In this document: positions 11,490 through 24,664 of the stretch, in pieces
Layout: the number at the start of each line of letters is the position of its first letter
Numbering within the stretch: the first letter of the stretch is position 1
Assembly (NCBI GenBank): GCA_045837725.1
Contig: JBEWZL010000179.1
Location: 248,001-312,000 of the forward strand
From: Vermamoeba vermiformis
Taxonomy: Eukaryota
Direction: 5' to 3'
Length of the DNA: 64,000 nt
Position numbers and translations under genes: made by a program
Notes under the pieces: generated by a model
The model's database searches: none
The model's input: only the letters and a program-made list of their open reading frames with translations
What the model was told of the DNA's origin: nothing

Positions 11490-12115
11490 TTACTGCTTGG
11501 CCGGTTGACGTTGTTGGTAAATGTTGGATCTTCCTCGACCTAAACAGTGTGGATTAGCTCTTTATTCTTCGAGGATATTCATTTAAATTAACCACTAATT
11601 AATTTGTACTGACAATAATGTATGCGACTATTCGAAACAAAATCGAAAGTAGCCGTAGTGGTACGAGACAGATAATTATTATAAAAAAATGTAATTTGAA
11701 AATAGAAAAATGCAGAGCTGCGCAGAAGATTTGCATATGCATTTAAATAGATAATAAATATAAATATATATTTGTATTTACCTCCTCGTCCTCCTCCTTT
11801 GGCATTGGATTTGGCTACTGCAGTAGCAAGGCCTTTAGCTTTGAGTGCCTTGGTCAGGTCCTTGCGGAACATAGGTGCATTCTTCAATATATCAGGCAAT
11901 ATTAAGAATCGAATGTGACTGCCGCGAATGAATGCGTGCTCGAGTGGATGCTTGCTGCCATCTCGTGCAGTGAGAGTAATTTCATTCATTTTGCAGTTCA
12001 TATTATCTTCTGCCTCTAGTAATCTGCCGCGATAAATTTCGCCGGTTTTTAATTCAATAGTCACGACGTGACCTTCTGCTTCGTGTAACAGCTTGATGGG
12101 GATGCCGATGGACAT
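11490..12115 (-). CDS. SNRPD3: Small nuclear ribonucleoprotein Sm D3, 2 exons (intron ~11541-11780)
   Basis: [45 protein letters not shown]; short RG tail in exon 2 ending QPAKQ*. Confidence 0.95.
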
Positions 12116-12332
12116 GATTAAGTGTAGGACAATAATAAAACCAAAAACTTGGTGAGAAATTAATTGATACTCTTAATCAACAGCGGTATTACAGACAGCT
12201 GTTGTGCGTATCAGAAAGAGAATAAAATAATGCGCTGGTCGTGTGGCTCTATTTTTATTGCAAACTTTTTCTAAGACGAAGTCAAACATCAGGACTAGCA
12301 CAAGCACAATTCATAGACATTAAGGATGCAAT

Positions 12333-13425
12333 ATGTTTCGACGAGGACTCGTGTTTCAAGCTGAATGCCCTGATCCTCGCTGCAGTCGCGTCAATTGCCA
12401 CTTTCAGCATCCACAACCCTCGAAGGATACCACAGGTAATTACCATTGAGTGTTATTTGGTGATTAAATGGCAATGCAGACCATTCACCGGTGCAGGAAT
12501 CGAGTTGGAAGCTGTTGCAAGATCTCAAACAGCTGCCCTCAACTCAGCACCAGAGCTACATCCCTGCAGTGCTACACGACGCTGTTGACGCACCTCTAGC
12601 ACACGATGATGCACCTCTAGCACACGACGATGCGCATGACGAGGCATTGCCAGTACACGAGGCAGAGAGCGAGGACACAGCGCAGTCAGTGCAGGAGCGC
12701 ACCGGTGCGAAGGTAATACTCACCACCTGTCTATACTCCTCAGCGCTGATAGTGTATTGATTGATGTCGCAGCGCAAGTGGAGTCCAGACAGTGCGCACG
12801 ATGAGCCCAACAAGCGCGTCAAACACTCCGCAGCCACACAGCCCACACAGCCCACACAGCCCACACAGCCCACACAGCCCACACAGCCCCCCAAGCGCAA
12901 GATCGATGTGCTGGGTCCGCTCATACCGAGCAAGAAGTTCACCGTAGACAACTTCCTCGGCGCCACTGATCCTGCACCCCTCACTGCACAGCCACCCAAC
13001 ACTCAGAACAAGTCTGCGCGACAGGTAGTGACTGTGATCACGTGATCATGCACTGAATTGACCAATCACGTGACAGCGCATCAATCCCTCCTCGCAGGCC
13101 CTCAGCAGTGCCACGTGTCCAATCGTGCCCTACACGCCCAACAGTCACATTGACCGCGCGGTCAGACAAGTACGTGCCACCGTGCCAGCATGCAAATGAC
13201 ACCTGTCACTGCTGATGACATCTGTCACTTGCTCTGATATCGTTATTGACACCTATTTCACAGAAAGTGGTCGATCGGCTGTACGCGCACTTGACGCGTG
13301 TCAATCCGAGTGACGCAGTGCAGCAAGCACTAGATCTCGAGCTCGAGATTTACCGCAGCTGTCAGGGTCGCACGTCGTACACGCACCAAGCACGTGTCTT
13401 GTTCAGTGAACTCGAGCGCAAATAG
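12333..13425 (+). CDS. REXO1/Rex3 N-terminal-like protein (CCCH zinc finger plus helical domain) with no exonuclease domain, ~5 exons
   Basis: Hand-spliced: MFRRGLVFQAECPDPRCSRVNCHFQH ... PYTPNSHIDRAVRQ|KVVDRLY..AVQQALDLELEIYRSCQGRTSY..ELERK*. Not recovered as one ORF in the ORF track. Confidence 0.65.
12836..12889 (+). repeat. 9-bp coding tandem repeat (ACACAGCCC) x6, encoding (TQP)n
   Basis: Directly visible in the sequence. Confidence 0.9.
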
Positions 13426-13667
13426 ACTTGTACATATTTGGGCATTACTCGTTGCAGAGTGACTTGTTTTAGCACTGTTCAATGAAAGTGAGATCAGCTG
13501 TTCTCTGCACCCCTTCCATTTATGGTAATGTCCCGCACCGAAATGTAATGCTTCGCTGTAAATAAAATTTCGGCAGTGGTGCAGCACTAGCCGCAGTTGT
13601 ACATATACATGAGCACACCTCGCTAGTGCGGACACGAATTTCCTATTGTCAGTCAATACAGTGCAGC

Positions 13668-16600
13668 ATGTGGGTGTTGCCCAAGCAAGAAGGGGCGCTG
13701 ACTTGGCCGTTATGGAAGATCCACAAGCAAAACGACTATTTTACAATCGTGAAGAGTCAAGCGACATTTTTAGCGGTGTTTCCATATCGACTGCTATTAA
13801 ATGGGTGTGTAGTGGTGGACCGGTGTAAAATTCAATTTAAATTTAATTTCAGATATTTTAATCGCAGTCACACCGTTATCCGTATTACTTGCGCGCTAAT
13901 TGTTGATATGTAGAAACCCACAGATATTGATTGCTGTTGGCAAGGATTCCAAGGAGATCGCTGCGCACTGGGAGGTAGATCCAATTCCACCATTAACCGC
14001 AGTCACTGACGTTTCTTATGCAGTTTGTAGAAAATAATTTTATGCCGAGCATAGCGCAGCAAGATGACCGCGTTGAGTGGATTGTAGCGCAGGTCAAATC
14101 CCAGATCTCAAAACAAGAGTGCGCGCGACGAGAACGACTGTCGCAAATAGAACACGACCTCGCACCCGTGGATATAGACAGCAAATACAAGACTATGGCC
14201 GTGAACAAGTGCGATGATGCCGACAACGAAGAGTTCAACAAAGCATTCGGCATGGCGAGCAATGAACGGCTGATTGGAGGTGAGTGACACGTGTCAAATG
14301 CTCGCTCGCACTGAACTGATCACGTGTTCGTGTCACACAGCGTACATGAGCACGCTCATGTGGAAGTTACCGCGCACTGGCACGCTGTACATCAGCATTC
14401 ACTATGTAAGTGCACTCATTGCCTAATATGGTAAGTCCTCGCCCAGACTGACCAATCGCGTGCCAGACATGCTTCACCTCGCCTGTGATGAGCGACAATC
14501 TGATCGTGCACTTCTGCAATGTACACGAGCTGAGCAAGGTCAACTACGGCTACGGACTGCCCTCCTCGATCAAACTCGTCACCAAGACCAGCAATGCGGT
14601 GCGTAGTCTCTCTCTATATATCTCTCTATATCTCTATATCTCTCTAATCTCTATATATCTCTCTACATCTCTCTATATCTCTATTATTATTGTACCTGCA
14701 CGCCACTCACCTTGCGCGCAGTACGAGTTTGCAGTGCCGTTCAAGCGCGACGAAGTGTACGAGGTGATGGAGCAGCTGTGGCGTCACGCGATGAAGACCG
14801 TGCAGCAGAGTGTGACACTCACCAAGCTCGAGCGCGAGTTGAATGACACGCACACTGCACTGCTCAACACGGACGAGCAGGAGATTCAGAAGAAGATTGA
14901 GCGCTATCGTCAGGAACAAGCGGAACATCGGCGCAAGGAGTCGCAAGTGCGCGCATTCCTGGAATTGTTCCACTATCCGAGCGACGAGACACTGCTGCAG
15001 CACTGGACTGGCGTGGAACTCATCTCCCAGGGCTCTGAAGCGCACCTCGCCAGAGATCTGCGCGGAGATTTGTATCTCTCGCAGCACTTTTTAAGCTTTG
15101 CAACACTGCGCCATCACGTGACTGGTGACGAATCACGTCTCAAGAACGAAGAATTTGCGCGCGTGAGTGTGCCACTGTGTGACGTGTACAAAGTGCGTCG
15201 TGCACACGATGAGGACGAGGCCGAGTACGCAGATCTCGGACATTTTGACGTCATTCCCGAGAAGATCAACGTGTACTTGCACGTGCCATCTCCGCACTCG
15301 CGCCGCGCACATCACAAATTCACCTTCACCGTGCCTGAGCGCGACAAGGTCTTGGAAGCTATTCGCGCACAATTGCAGATATATGTAGCGACACTGCTGC
15401 CTAATAAGGAAAGTGGCAAAGAGAAGCAGAATGGATCACGTGACAGTCGGAATCACAGCGCTGACAAGTCCAAGTCACGTGACAAGCGCAAGTCACGTGA
15501 TCAGTCGAGCGAGTCCGCCGAGTCCGCGGTGCAGTTGCCCTGGTTGGAGTACACCGAGCACGTGACGCGCAGTCATCGCGTGAGCAGCGAGATGTTGCGC
15601 GAGATCAAGTACTTCAGTGCCGAGTACTGCGCCAAAGAGGAGCAGCAGTTGATGCACTGGCACCACTGGCTGCGCACTGCGGGCAAAGCACTCGCGCACG
15701 CGGAGGACAGTGCCGAGAAGGGATTCCGACGCCGTTCAGTGAATCACAGCAGTCACGTGCTCAGTTACACGCTGATCATCACCGATCAGTTGCGGCAGTT
15801 AGTGCGTCAGGGCGTGCCCAATGAACTGCGCGGCTATATTTGGCTCAAGACTTCAGGCGCGCAGTGGTCCATGCTGTCACGTGGTGCGGGATATTACCGT
15901 GCCCTGCTCGAGACACACCGCGCAGACAACTCGCAGGCCCTGGAAGAGATCGACAAGGATGTGCACCGCTCCTTCCCCGAGCACGAGTACTTTCAGCGCG
16001 AAGAGGGACAAGTGGCACTGCGCCACGTGCTGGCAGCGTACTCGTGGCACAACCCTGCCGTGGGCTACTGTCAATCGATGAACATCATTGCCGCGCTGCT
16101 GCTGCTGTTCGTGAGTGAAGAAGAGGCCTTCCACATGCTGATTGCCCTGGTGGAGCGCGTGCCCGACTACTACGTGAAAGAGATGATTGGCTCGGTGGTG
16201 GATCTGCACGTGTTCGATCAGCTCGTGCACCAACACTTGCCTAAAATAGCCGCACACTTGCAGCGCTTTGGTCTCGATGTGCAGCTGATCGCGCTGCCCT
16301 GGTTCTTGTGTCTGTTCATCGGCTACGTGCCGCTCGAAGTGGTGCTGCGCATACTGGACGTGTTCTTCTTGGAGGGCGCGAGTGTCTTGTTTCAGCTCGG
16401 CCTCGCACTGCTCAAGGTGAAGGAGCGCGAGATCTTGACCAAGCGCGACAGCATTGAGATGATTGAGCTGTTCAAGAGCTCTGCCATCGATGCCAATCAC
16501 GTGCTGCAGCTGGCGTTCAGTGAAGAGCTGACGCTGGACAGCGACAAGATCGCGGAGCTCAAGAACTACCACAAGTTCCGTGCCCTGCACGAGCTGGAGA

Positions 16601-17358
16601 AGCAGACCAAGCACAGCGATCTGCGGCACTTGTCGCAGGACAGCAAGATCAAGTTTGAGCGCGCACTGCTCGAGCAGTACTGGGAGGAGTTCCGCGAAGA
16701 GGCCTATTTGGAGGCTGCTGACTTCCGCATCCGACTCGAACAGTTCGCACGTCTGCTGTCACGCCACGTGCCCTGGTGGAGACACAGCGAGCACGTGCCA
16801 GCCCTGTTCAGCATGTTCGACAAGAGCAAGAGCGGTGCCCTCACCTTCACGGACTACATTCGCGGCATCAACAGCGTGGTGCACGGTGAACTCGAGCTCA
16901 AGTGTGCGGGTAAGTCCTCTGCATGCACCGTGCCTGTAGTGCCGCACTGACCCTTGCACCTAGTGGCCTTTCAGCTGGTCGACAAAGAGCACACCGACAA
17001 GATCACGCTGCCACAGTGCGCGCAGGGCTGTGAGCTCGCCTATCGCATGTGTCAGCACGAACTCGTGGCCAAGCGCGAACTGTCCCCGCGTCCTGAGCGC
17101 AAAGAGAACAAGTGGATCCTGCTCGATTTGGGCAAGAACAAGAGCGAGGAGCCCTTCAAACTGCCGTTCACTGAACAGCACGTGACAGCAGCGTTCCATC
17201 AAGCGAGTGGCGGACAGAGCACCATCGACTTGGCGCAGTTCGTGAAGCTGTTTGTGCCGCTGAACAGTGTGCTGCCCTTGCCTGCCCCTGGTGCTGCTGC
17301 GAGTACGAACAGCACTGCGAATAAGAAGACTTTTATGACGTTAATTAAGTTTAGTTGA
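13668..17358 (+). CDS. TBC1D8/TBC1D9-like Rab-GAP (GRAM, GRAM, TBC, EF-hand), multi-exon
   Basis: N-terminus MWVLP..LW..NDYF; EIAAHWE; TBC catalytic motifs IDKDVHRS and YCQSMN; EF-like FDKSKSGALTFTDY. Confidence 0.9.
14607..14680. repeat. (CT)n/(AT)n compound microsatellite inside a TBC-gene intron (14599-14721)
   Basis: TCTCTCTCTATATATCTCTCTATA... run between a GTGCGT donor and a GCAG acceptor. Confidence 0.85.
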
Positions 17359-17436
17359 GCATAAATACTGCACCCCCCCTTGTATTATTTACCCCCATTA
17401 CGCGGTGTTTAATTACATACACGTCTCTATTGTACA

Positions 17437-20400
17437 CTACTTGATGGTCAGTTTGAAGGCCACACGACCCAAGTACGTCGCCAGCTTGCCCTGCACTTCA
17501 CTCAGCTGTGCCGTGCTCATCGACTGCAGCGCACTCTCATCGCTGAACAGTGCGTCGAGTGCGTGCATCCACTGCTGATAGCTCGAGCTGTGACTCGTCT
17601 TCTGCTTCTTCTTCATGGGCTCTTCGTTCTCGTCCATGTGCACATCGTCAGCACTCTGCGAGGCATCGACCGCGGTGTACGTCACGGGCACATAGGAATT
17701 GCGCTCCAGCATGGCCTCGCGCTGTCGCTCAGTCAGCAGTGGTCTCTTGCGCTTGTTGCTAGTGGTCCAAGCATGATCATTGGTCTCACGGTTGAGCGCG
17801 TCACTCTCTTGCAGCACTCGACTCTCGGGACGTTTGAATGGTGCAACACTCGGCTTGACTGCTGGACCGTTGCTGGCGTCACTCTTTTTCAATCTTTGCA
17901 CGCCTCCTTTGATGCTCTGCAAATCATTGAAGTCTAATGGCAACGTGTCAGTCGATGCAACTGTCACATGTCACATGTCAACGTACCCACAAAGCCCAGA
18001 GATGCCTCGGGCAGCAGTTCATCGTCCACGCGCTCTTCTGTTCTTGCCGACGTGTCATCTCGCCACCCTGGCAACTTGATCTTACTCTGCGAATGACATG
18101 CATTAGCAATTCGTTCGCTGAACGGGAAATGTCAGTGGTCTCAATGTCTTACCACGTGCTTGAGCTGTGCGAGTACACTGTGCAGCACTTGCGGGTACTC
18201 GAGTGCACGTGTCTGCGCGCCAAATGTCTCGCACCAGAAGGTGACAGTCTTGTTCTTGACACTCTTTTTGCCGTGCATCAGCGTCACTGCCAGCACACCA
18301 CTCAGTGTGGACAGCAAGTGACTGTCGTACATGCCACGGTGCGTGCGCTTAGCAGCCTCGAGGAAGTGCGTCAACCACTCATCGCCAGCACTGAACAGCG
18401 GTGCCTTGCTGCTCGACTGCTCTGAATAGGCGCGCATGACTATTGCCAGGGCAGGTGCGAGTGCTGTGGCGAGCAGGTGATAGTCGACGGCACTGGACAC
18501 GTGTTCGAACAGCGCTGCAATGGCCTGCACGAGTAGAACCACGTGCTTGGTGTCCGAGACCTGCACTGCTGCAAAGAGATCAAACACCTCGCGCAGCGTC
18601 ACAGTGCTGCCGTCAGTGTCGGTGAACAGATCTGCGTGCTGTAGACCCACTGCCAGCACACACGCAACAACATCGAGCAGCAAAATGACCCTGTCGGTAA
18701 ATGCATTAGTTCGTGTGTCCTATTCTCGCGCTCACCAGTGCATACTGTGACTCTTGAGTGGGATCGTTGCGCCAGAACTTGCCCATCTGTGGCTGCGTGT
18801 GCAGTGGCATGGTGACACTCTGCACGACAGCAGTGATGCAGCGCGTCAACACGACACAACCGCGCGGTGAAGCAGTGATGCGCGAGTGAAACAGCGTGGT
18901 GAGGGTGTTGGCGAGGGTGTAAATCGCGTTGTTGGCGTGCTGCGACTTGACTGCTGCAATGCGCACGTAGCTGGCACAGAGCTTGGACCAGAGTGCCACC
19001 AGCGCCTTGTCCTCGTGTGCCACCGTGCTCTGTGAGGACAGCGATGCGTCGTGCGATTCGGCAAATATGAGCAGCAGCGGCACGAGCAGAATGTGATTCA
19101 TGGCCTCGAACTCTTCGGGCGCCGTGGTGACGCAGTGCGTGGCCTCAACGAACTTGTGCAGCTCTTGACCAATCAGCTGCCACGCACTCAACAAGGTTGC
19201 GTCGCTGTCACTCGTCCACTGCTTCATCAATGCGTGCACGTGGCGCAGCTGTCAACTCCTGGTGAGTGAATCGTGCCCAATGCGATAAATAGCTGCTACG
19301 TACCGCGTCAGCTGGCGAGGGAGCTGCAAATAAGAGTGCCACTGCTTCACTGAACAGCGCCTTGTGTTCAGAGTCACGTGCCAGGGAGAGACATAGAGTG
19401 AGCAGTGCGGTGATGGGCGTGCCAGGACCGTGCCAGGTGACACTGCTGATGTGCAGCAATGCTTGTACAGCGCCGTGCAGCACAGTGCTGTCAATCTGAT
19501 CGTGCAGCTCGCTGACGAGATCGATCAGCTGCACCAGTCCTGACTCTGGCTCTGCGTGACTGGTCAAGTAGCTGAAGCACGTGATGACTTGCTGCAAATG
19601 ACAGCTCTGTTAGGCCACTAGGGCTATAAATAACTTCGTAGTGCATACCTGCAAATACTGCGCTTTGTGCTGGTAGAGCGCGTCATCGAGTGCAAAGTGT
19701 CGGAACATTTGCAGCCAATCGCGCCACAGTGGTTCAATGCACTCGCGTGACCACGTGATCACTGTCGTGTTGCCCTGAATGGGAATGGGCGTCACAGTGG
19801 GCTGTTCTCTTGCAGGACGCAACAGATTGGCTAGTCACGTGACTGTCAGTGCTGCTCGTATCATTTGCAGATCACTTACCAAATATAGCAAATGCCTCCC
19901 AGCGCATGCTAACGTCATCATCTTTGCAGATAACATCCAAGCAGGGTTGAATCACGTGTTCGTAGTTTTGAGTCACGTGATCCCCCAATTTGTTGAGCAG
20001 ATAGGTCCATGTCTTGACCGCTTCTTGTTTGACCGTGAGCTCCTTGTCCGTGCTGAGACAGTTGACGATGGGTGCTATTAATAGCTTCAATCGCTTCACC
20101 ACGAGCAGCGAATTGGGCTGCAAAGCAAAGTTGTCGATCAAATAGCGCCAGCTCTGACACGACTGCACACGCACTGCTGCATCGCTCGAGGTGAAAGTGC
20201 GCTATGCGAGTGATATATAATTAGCTTGTCATAATAGGAACATTGTTTATAACTTACTGAAGGAATTTTGAGCAAAGTGTTGATCAGATCTGATTTCAAG
20301 ATAAATCGACCCAATAGACCGACTATCTGGCCCCAAGTACGCACCACAACCAAATCTTCATTCGCCTCCATCTTGTCGTTAATAGCGCGCAGCAGTTTGT

Positions 20401-21222
20401 CAGCCAAAGCATCGAACACGCACTGCGAGATGTGTTCTGGCACTGTCTTGCTCACCTTTGAGAGCTGCACCATGCACATCGCTACACTCGACGTTGCTTT
20501 TTCGCGCACTTTGACTACAGGATCGAGCATATGCAACAACAATAGGGGCAGCCACAGCGACACGATCTGCTCGTTGAAAATAGCTTGCGGACACTGCAAG
20601 ATGAGCCGTGCCACCGCTGATATGCCCTCGTGTCGCACACTGCTCGAATCAGTTGCGCCCAGTCCTTCAATTGCATGTCGCAGTGCACTCAACAAGGCGT
20701 GCAGTATCTCTTCTGCGCTCAACACACTCGCGGACAAGTTCTGCACGCTAATGCACCACACTGCCAGATTGCAAGTGGACTTGTTCTTGGTGGTCGTTAT
20801 AATACCGCATATCAATTCGATGATCTCAGTGCTTTGTTCCTCTATAACCAGCGTTACTAATATGCGACGCGAAAAAAATTTGCGGCAGATCTACCTGTAA
20901 TGCGCGCAGATAACATGCGATTGTGTAAAGCATAGCCGAGTGCTTTTAATGCAGCTTGGCTCCTAAATTCAGAGTATTGGGTCAGTGAGCTAATTAAAAA
21001 TATGACCGTTACATCTACTCACCACTTTTCTTTCTCTTTACTAGAGCGTGTATTAACATCGCGCTGAATAATTCGCAGTAATTGTTCAAATGTCTCGCCA
21101 GCGGAGTGCAATTCGGTGGATATAAATGAATTCTCGTCCTTTAAGAACCGGTTTAGTTGTTCGTAGTCGCTTAGATTCGGATCATTTTCGAGTTTGGTTA
21201 AAATATTGCTGTAGGACGTCAT
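17437..21222 (-). CDS. RIF1: Replication timing/telomere factor RIF1 (HEAT N-terminal domain), multi-exon
   Basis: WGQIVGLLG..LINTLLKI, WRYLIDNFALQP..KRLKLLIAPI, KIKLPGW, LTERQREAM..VPVTYTAVDASQ correspond to conserved RIF1 blocks. Confidence 0.85.
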
Positions 21223-21282
21223 TGGTACATGCGCGGTGCTTAAAGTCCAATCGATAATTTAAAAAGTGGCTGTCCAAAAAAA

Positions 21283-21308
21283 GCGCGAACTCCTGGTGGT
21301 GCGGGAAA
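21283..21308. promoter_or_regulatory. Candidate E2F-type sites in the RIF1/NDUFB9 divergent promoter
   Basis: GCGGGAAA (21301-21308, reverse complement of TTTCCCGC) and GCGCGAA (21283-21289). Confidence 0.35.
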
Positions 21309-21380
21309 TTTCTCAGGCCTGTGAAAAAATCAACGCGCAAGTTCATTTTATGTTCTAAACTGCAGCACAAGCACAGAAGC

Positions 21381-21942
21381 ATGAGCACCTTCAAGCTACT
21401 CAAGAACATTGGTGTGGTGACTAAGCAAGTCGAGCAATTGACGCACAAGCAGCGCGTTGTTCGTGTCTATCGCGCACTGTTGAAGAACTCGCTCGCCTGG
21501 ACGATCACCCGTGACGCGTGGTACCCCGTGGCGAGTGAGATCAAGGGCGAATTCAAGCGAAATATGTACGAAACCAACCCTGCCACTATTGATGCTCTCT
21601 TAGCCAAGGCTGAAAACAAATTGCAGGAAACTCAACATCCCGATCCTTATATCAGTATGTAGCTATTTCACATGCCTCAATATATTTATAATAATTAATA
21701 TTGCAGTCCCTTATGCACCCGGAGGTTCTAAATGGCAACGCAACACACCTGTGCCTTACGAGGTATGCATGATAATAATTATTATTTATTTTTATAATTC
21801 GCCCCAAAGAGTCAATTAGATAAGTGGATATTATATATTTTACTGATTTATTTTATAGTTAACATCAGACGACAAAATGATAAATTACAGCCAAGAGATG
21901 CATCTGGAGTACGAGACTGATTACACTCTTCAACGAAGCTAA
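21381..21942 (+). CDS. NDUFB9: Complex I subunit B22 (LYR family), 3 exons
   Basis: LTHKQRVVRVYRALLK..QHPDPYI|VPYAPGGSKWQRN. Confidence 0.9.
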
Positions 21943-22131
21943 ACACAATCAAAATGTATAGAGCGCTATTCAATATATATTGTATCTTATCAATAAATGG
22001 ACAAGCCAATCCACCCGACACCATCTGCACGTCACCCACTAGTCGACTCACAACACGCGTTTATTTCGTTCAATATTCAGTGAACGCTGTACATGGCTGA
22101 TTGAGCGTGCAAGTGTCGCAGATCTAGCACA

Positions 22132-23393
22132 CTACTTCTTGGCCTGTGCGCGCTGTTGCTGCTTGAGCTTGGCGTGTTCAATCAGGGGCTGCAGCTGTTG
22201 CTTCTCCGCGAGCACTTTGAGGAAGTTGAACAGGAACGGCACAAAGTTGTGACGACGACGCGCATTCTCGAGCTGTGCTAGGGGTGAGTGCGGGGGCTCA
22301 GGACTAGGAGGGACGTACCTTGTATCGCTTGACCTTGGCCTCTTCATTCGCAATCACCTCTTGCAGCTTGTTCAGCTCTGCATCCAACAGCGCCACTCGC
22401 TCGCCCACTGCACTGCCCTCCACGTGCATCACATCGCCGCTCTGCACACTGGCGCGCTCACTCTCCAGCGCACTCAACTGCGCACGTGCTGCTTGCAATC
22501 GATTGGCAACGAGGGCCAGCAGAGTGAATCGAATCTCCTTGTCCGAGTACTGTTCGATGCGCTGCTGAATGATGGGCCGCACTTGATCCAGCCAGTTCTC
22601 ATTCGTGCAGGCTCCGAGGTTGATGGGCCCTTTCTTCAGTCCATCGAGCTCGTAGAGCACTCCATTCACCGGTACATAGCTAATGAAGTGGAATGCATCT
22701 TCAGCCTCGCTATTGTCTTGTTCGATGACGAATGGTTCTTGTCTGCGTAACAGAGTCAGATGTGTTTGCGTGTTGTGACGCTGCCTTACCTCGCAAAGCT
22801 ATTGTGTACTTTTTTAATCAATTCGCTGTTACCAATAGCGAGACCTTTCATCTAGAACGAGGTTAAGGTACGTTAAGAAACAGATCCGGTACACGACTAA
22901 CCTCGCTCGGCAAGTCCTTAGTAAATGCCTTAAAATCATTCAATTCTGGTCCAAGCTCAATGTCCGACAAGTTCATTAATATTGACAGGATTGCTTGTGT
23001 GGCACACGCATTATTAATCACCTAGCCAAATGGTGGTCAGAAAAGCTTTCCTATTCTCATAAACGACAAATAACGTACTTGTTTAGCGAAGAATATATTA
23101 TGCTCGTAGTCTTCGAGAGTTGGGCGCGGATCTTTTTCGCCGGTCCATTTAAACAGGAAAATAAGGCCGTAGATGGGTCTTGAAAAACAAATATTATGAG
23201 AATTCCGAAAAAAATCAAATTAATATAGTTCAGTTGTAAATATTAATGCAGCTTGCTTGTAGTCTTACTTGTGTTCATTTAACAATTCGGGATCCAGACT
23301 CCAAAGCTCTTCCACTTGAATGCCTTTGACACCAATCTGCTCAATCAGCTCAGTAAATACACCAGGGTCAGATTCAATCGTGCACCAGTCCAT
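22132..23393 (-). CDS. UCHL5: Ubiquitin C-terminal hydrolase UCH37, multi-exon
   Basis: [58 protein letters not shown]. Confidence 0.95.
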
Positions 23394-23902
23394 TGTTGCT
23401 ATGAGCGTTCAGTTGTGTTCGCTTCAAACTCGAATTGTCTTGAAAAATAAAAGGCCGTTTTCATTCTCGATTAAATTTTAAAATGGACTACTACACTACC
23501 AAGTTCGTTCATTTCAATCTTTAATTCGAATGAATAAAACGATCAAGACTAACCAGCCAAGATATCCAGAGGGATTCACACAATAAAACAACCAAGTAAC
23601 CAATCAGCGATTAGCTATCACTGTTCTTATATAATTCTGACCTGTAGTGGAACACACAGTGTCCCAACCTCGGTATTAAATGTAAAATAGGGATTTTGTT
23701 ACTTCGTTGCACGTTCAGCTCAGAACAAATCTATGAACATGTTGTGACTGATTTTTAAACTTGATCTCGTTTAACCGGTTTAAAAAGCAATTGACGAACA
23801 AACAATTAACGATATTTTAAGCACCACACGAAACAATGGTAAATATTTATATTTATTATTTTACTCCGAATAACTTGATAATTTATACAGACTGATACTG
23901 AT

Positions 23903-24530
23903 ATGACTTCAGTAATTCTAGAATTATCAAATGATATTTGGGGAGTTATTCTCGATCATTATTTTACTAGCCACACTGAACAAATGTTTGGTTTCTATCA
24001 AAGAGACCTTCAATTCATAACACTAGCATTCATTTCATCAGTTTCAAAACAAATCAATGAGGTTTGTAACAAACTCAAACAAAAAACTGGAATATCATCT
24101 ATCAAAAATGCATCCAGGTTTTCAAAAATATTTTGCATCCAAGGGATATCTTACTTGTATGATTTATGCTCACGAGAATGGATTTGAATGGAACTCAAAT
24201 ATTTGTTCACTTGCAGCAACCGGCGGGCATTTAGAATGTCTTAAATATGCTCTCGAGAATGGATGCGAACGGAATTCATATATTTGTTCATATGCAGCAG
24301 CGAATGGTCATTTGGAGTGTCTAAAATATGCTCACGAGAACGGATGTGAATGGAACTCAAATATTTGTTCATATGCAGCAGCGAATGGTCATTTAGAATG
24401 TCTTAAATATGCTCACGAGAATGGCTGCCAATGGGACGCTAATACTTGTAAAAGTGCAACAAAGCATGGTCGTTTGGATTGTCTTGAATATGCTCACGAG
24501 AATGGATGTTACTGCAAGCACAACGCGTAG
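23903..24530 (+). pseudogene. F-box-like plus ankyrin repeat gene of giant-virus style, split by an apparent +1 frameshift near 24124-24128
   Basis: ILELSNDIWGVILDHY N-terminus; 25-aa repeats CSYAAANGHLECLKYAHENGCEWN; two overlapping frames are joined by removing one A from an A5 run; AT-rich, no intron seen. Confidence 0.7.
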
Positions 24531-24664
24531 TAATTAACATTCGACTAGCTGTCAATTTGCCCTTTTAGAAAGAAATAAACATAATTTGAGCTTTAATTCT
24601 GCACTAAGTGTGTTAACTATTCGAAGCGAAAAAAGGAGTCAATATTCACACGACTAGAACAGCG

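Noticed and set aside
11541-11780. Intronic snoRNA in the long SmD3 intron (also the 50903-51266 intron)
   Set aside because: No convincing C/D box pair or H/ACA structure could be seen.
14599-14721. Stop-free 123-nt segment read through in the TBC ORF
   Set aside because: It has canonical donor and acceptor sites and microsatellite content, so it is an ordinary intron whose lack of stops follows from the CT/AT repeats.
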